A stretch of DNA of 64,000 nt from positions 38,200 to 102,199 of the forward strand of contig JAUCBJ010003419.1 of assembly GCA_032718475.1 (NCBI GenBank), read 5' to 3'. This document shows positions 61,239 through 64,000 of the stretch, in pieces (the stretch's first letter is position 1; each line of letters begins with the position of its first letter). The notes beneath the pieces are model-generated. The model saw only the letters and a list, made by a program, of their open reading frames with translations, had not been told where the DNA came from and did not search any database. Origin of the DNA: Nemertoderma westbladi. Lineage: Eukaryota; Animalia; Xenacoelomorpha. A program made the translations under genes and the position numbers.

Positions 61239-61478
61239 ATCAAGAAATCTTCTTCCGCCACTAGTCTCGGTGTTACTTCCGTTTTTGATTTCTTTAAGAG
61301 CGACGGGTATTTTTATTTTCGAATGAGATTTCTGAGGACCCCCTTCCGGCGTCCACAATCCTCTGTAAACGAGTCCAAACGATCCTGAGCCGATCTCATT
61401 TAGTTTAAGTAAACTCGCTTCGTTTATAAGATGTAGCTGAACCACTTCTCGGGAGACTTTAGGCCAGTTGTTCAACGG
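61239..61478 (-). CDS. EGFR/ErbB-like kinase N-lobe exon (equivalent to human exons 18+19)
   Basis: PLNNW...IGSGSFGLVYRGLWTPEG...IKIPVALKEI...RRFLD; 240 nt, phase 0/0. Confidence 0.92.
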
Positions 61479-62209
61479 CTGAAAATGACATATATAATCT
61501 ATACATTACAAACATATAAATGTCAACGCCAATGTCAATCTAAGATAGTCTGCACTCTGCATATATGCCGTGGGAAAAATTTATACAGATGTGCATTATA
61601 ATACATGGGACTCCTGTAGTTAAAAGATAGGATAGGCACGTTCCTATTTTTCTAGTTATATTAGGGTCGTCCAAAATATTTAAACTACCAATTAATTATT
61701 TAATCAATTAATTATTATTTCATCATAAATTTCGACCCCCCCCCCCCCCCCTCCATCTTAATTAAAGCCAAATCTTTAAATCAGATAAATTCTAAAATCA
61801 CAAACTTAACCAAACAAAGGAAACCAAATTGAATGAAAAATAATGATTGAATAAAAAATCTACATCAATTTCTATTTATTGTGAAATATCGATAGATACT
61901 ATCGTTTATTGATTGATATTTTCCAATATTGGTCGAAAATATAGCATGTATTAAAATGTAGCAGAATAAGTCTAGGTAAGCACTCAAGTCACACTGAAAT
62001 TTATACAGACTTCGATGACATAACCATAGATGTCTATATAATAGGTCTTGACCACATTGAGATGCGCCTTCACTTCCTTTTGTTTCAGCCACGCCGCCAC
62101 AGTGGCACACAATCGAGGCACTGAGGGACTCAGCTACGGCCACAATGTGTATAACAAGAAAGCCTATGGACTCAGATAATATGTAGTCCATGTCGCCTTG
62201 ACGACTGAC

Positions 62210-62366
62210 CTTTAAGGTGACGCCATCGATATCGGAAAACTGTCGGCTGATTATCCGGTATTCTCGTTTTATCGCCCTCTTGCGGCACAAGTAGGTAACG
62301 GAAATGGCGAATATTGTAAACGCGGCGAGTGCTAGACCTATACCGACAGATGCCGAAGTAGAAATG
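62210..62366 (-). CDS. EGFR/ErbB-like transmembrane and juxtamembrane exon
   Basis: ISTSASVGIGLALAAFTIFAISVTYL followed by the basic stop-transfer CRKRAIKR; AAG|gtcagt donor; phases fit the neighbouring exons. Confidence 0.85.
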
Positions 62367-62659
62367 CTAAAAACAACAAAAAGTTCGAAAGTTTAACTGT
62401 AGGGGTAACAAAAAATAGTTATGTAGTGTAAAAAGTATTAAAGGAGATAAATAGCAAACGAATGGTAAGCCATAGCGCCCTTCTCCTCGATGACTTGAAC
62501 TAAAAAGACGAACCGACTAAAAACAAACAACAACATCTCAGCTTTATACAAAAATGTCCCAAACGTCGTGACTCAGCCCATTAATAACATTGACATTATT
62601 TTGGAAATTATATTTAAATTGTATGTGATATGAAAAAATAATAATATTGAAATACAAAC

Positions 62660-62786
62660 CTTAGTATATTGACACATTTCTTGTTCTCTGGTCTTGTAAA
62701 TTGAGGGCAACTTTTAAGACATTGTCCGAAGTAGCTGTAATCAAGGCAACTTACACAGTTCTGATTAGACGGTCCTGTACATCCGT
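62660..62786 (-). CDS. EGFR/ErbB-like furin-type Cys-rich exon
   Basis: GCTGPSNQNCVSCLDYSYFGQCLKSCPQF...KKC; phase 1/2. Confidence 0.85.
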
Positions 62787-63193
62787 CTATAAAATACAGT
62801 TTTAAAGGAATTTAATAATCTTGTAATTGAAAGTACATTATGTGTATCTCAATCACCCTACGGCAATATAGCAGATAATTCCCGCTAAAAAGGCGCTGCC
62901 ACTTACGTCTCGCCTCGCATCCTTATTAACCAAACTTTAACAAACTGTAACTAAGTGCGCTAACTGCACTGTAACCGCATTACACTGCAAACATTTTCGC
63001 ATAATTTATATATCGACAAATGTATTTTCTATAAACTAGATACCCGTGCGCGCATGAGAGAGAGATTTCAGCTCGTATCGCGTTTGTTACATTTTTGCAG
63101 CAAAACATTCTTAAGTTTGTTGTCGAGTTATCCATCCATGTCCATTTCACAATATTACACTAATTTAATTATTCATAAACGTATTTTTGTAAC

Positions 63194-63332
63194 CTTTGCA
63201 TTCCTCAGCGCACTGACTGCAGTTTCGGGGTGCATCTGGGTTTGGGAAGGTATTTTTCTGACAGCGCTCATGGCAGACTCCCTCTAGAAGGTAAGGTACG
63301 TCGCTAGGGCATTCGCTGAGACATACACTCCC
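63194..63332 (-). CDS. EGFR/ErbB-like Cys-rich exon
   Basis: GSVCLSECPSDVPYLLEGVCHERCQKNTFPNPDAPRNCSQCAEECK; phase 0/1. Confidence 0.85.
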
Positions 63333-63782
63333 CTAAAATAATAAGAAAGTAAATGAACAGCAATAAATTGTTAACAAACTATATCTTTACAGCTCTATAT
63401 ACTACGATTGACGCGGTAACCTAACCTCAGTCAACACACCCTTTTATTATTATTAAAGTTAAATAATATCCAATACCAGGTAATCTGACGTAACATTTGT
63501 GATAACTTACGCCTCCGTGGAGGAAATCTTTCTATTTTTGTCCAAACTATCTACTTTTCATCTTTTTAAACAAACCACTTGGATCAGCACAGTGTAATGT
63601 GCTATACTTTACTTACCAGTACAAGTATGTAAATAGTTATTTCATTAATAATTAAACCGCTTGCGGTTGGGGCAATGGGAGCCCTGAACTATTAAAGATG
63701 ACTACATGAAAAATACCAGTAATGAATAGTTTCTAGATATATGATAAGGATTGGATTTAGGCTCCTAGAATCTACCATATAC

Positions 63783-63914
63783 CTGATCAGGTTGCCCACT
63801 AACGAGGTATCGTTTCACGTTACGGCACTCCCCGTCACACCCAGTCGCAAGGCCATTACTGCATCTTCCAACACATTCAGGGTGACATCTGATACATGTT
63901 ACATTATCATCTCC
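63783..63914 (-). CDS. EGFR/ErbB-like Cys-rich exon (gene continues beyond the window)
   Basis: GDDNVTCIRCHPECVGRCSNGLATGCDGECRNVKRY...; ccag acceptor and CAG|gtatat donor. Confidence 0.85.
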
Positions 63915-64000
63915 CTGGAATATATTGGAAAATCACGATTTTAAGGGCTGTAGAGCTGCTATAACAGCTGTAATATTTATACACTATAATATTGTCATGG

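Overview
AT-rich genomic DNA from an invertebrate animal; the species cannot be identified from the sequence. There are four recognisable genes. (1) An intronless CMPK2-like nucleoside monophosphate kinase (+). (2) A two-exon DNAI3/WDR63 axonemal dynein intermediate chain (-), whose only coding intron appears to start with a non-canonical GG. (3) A two-exon CNOT7/8 (CAF1) deadenylase (+). (4) The 3' part of an EGFR/ErbB-family receptor (-) whose kinase lacks the catalytic Asp and the alphaC Glu, making it an ErbB3-like pseudokinase. About 41 kb of the window is two giant tandem arrays. One is a ~26 kb 24-bp array between DNAI3 and CNOT7. The other is a ~15 kb 36-bp array inside the EGFR-like kinase intron homologous to human EGFR intron 20. 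Its unit is the exon/intron junction itself (21 exonic + 15 intronic nt), so the intron holds roughly 418 copies of the 5' splice site in a stop-free 12-codon unit. The 24-bp unit also carries a donor-like core (CAG|GAGAGT, occasionally CAG|GTGAGT). The remaining sequence holds nested DNA transposons/MITEs and a Penelope-like insertion with a minimal hammerhead ribozyme. The multi-kilobase ORFs over the arrays come from repeat periodicity. Copy numbers are span divided by unit length, and homology calls rest on motif recognition, not database searches.
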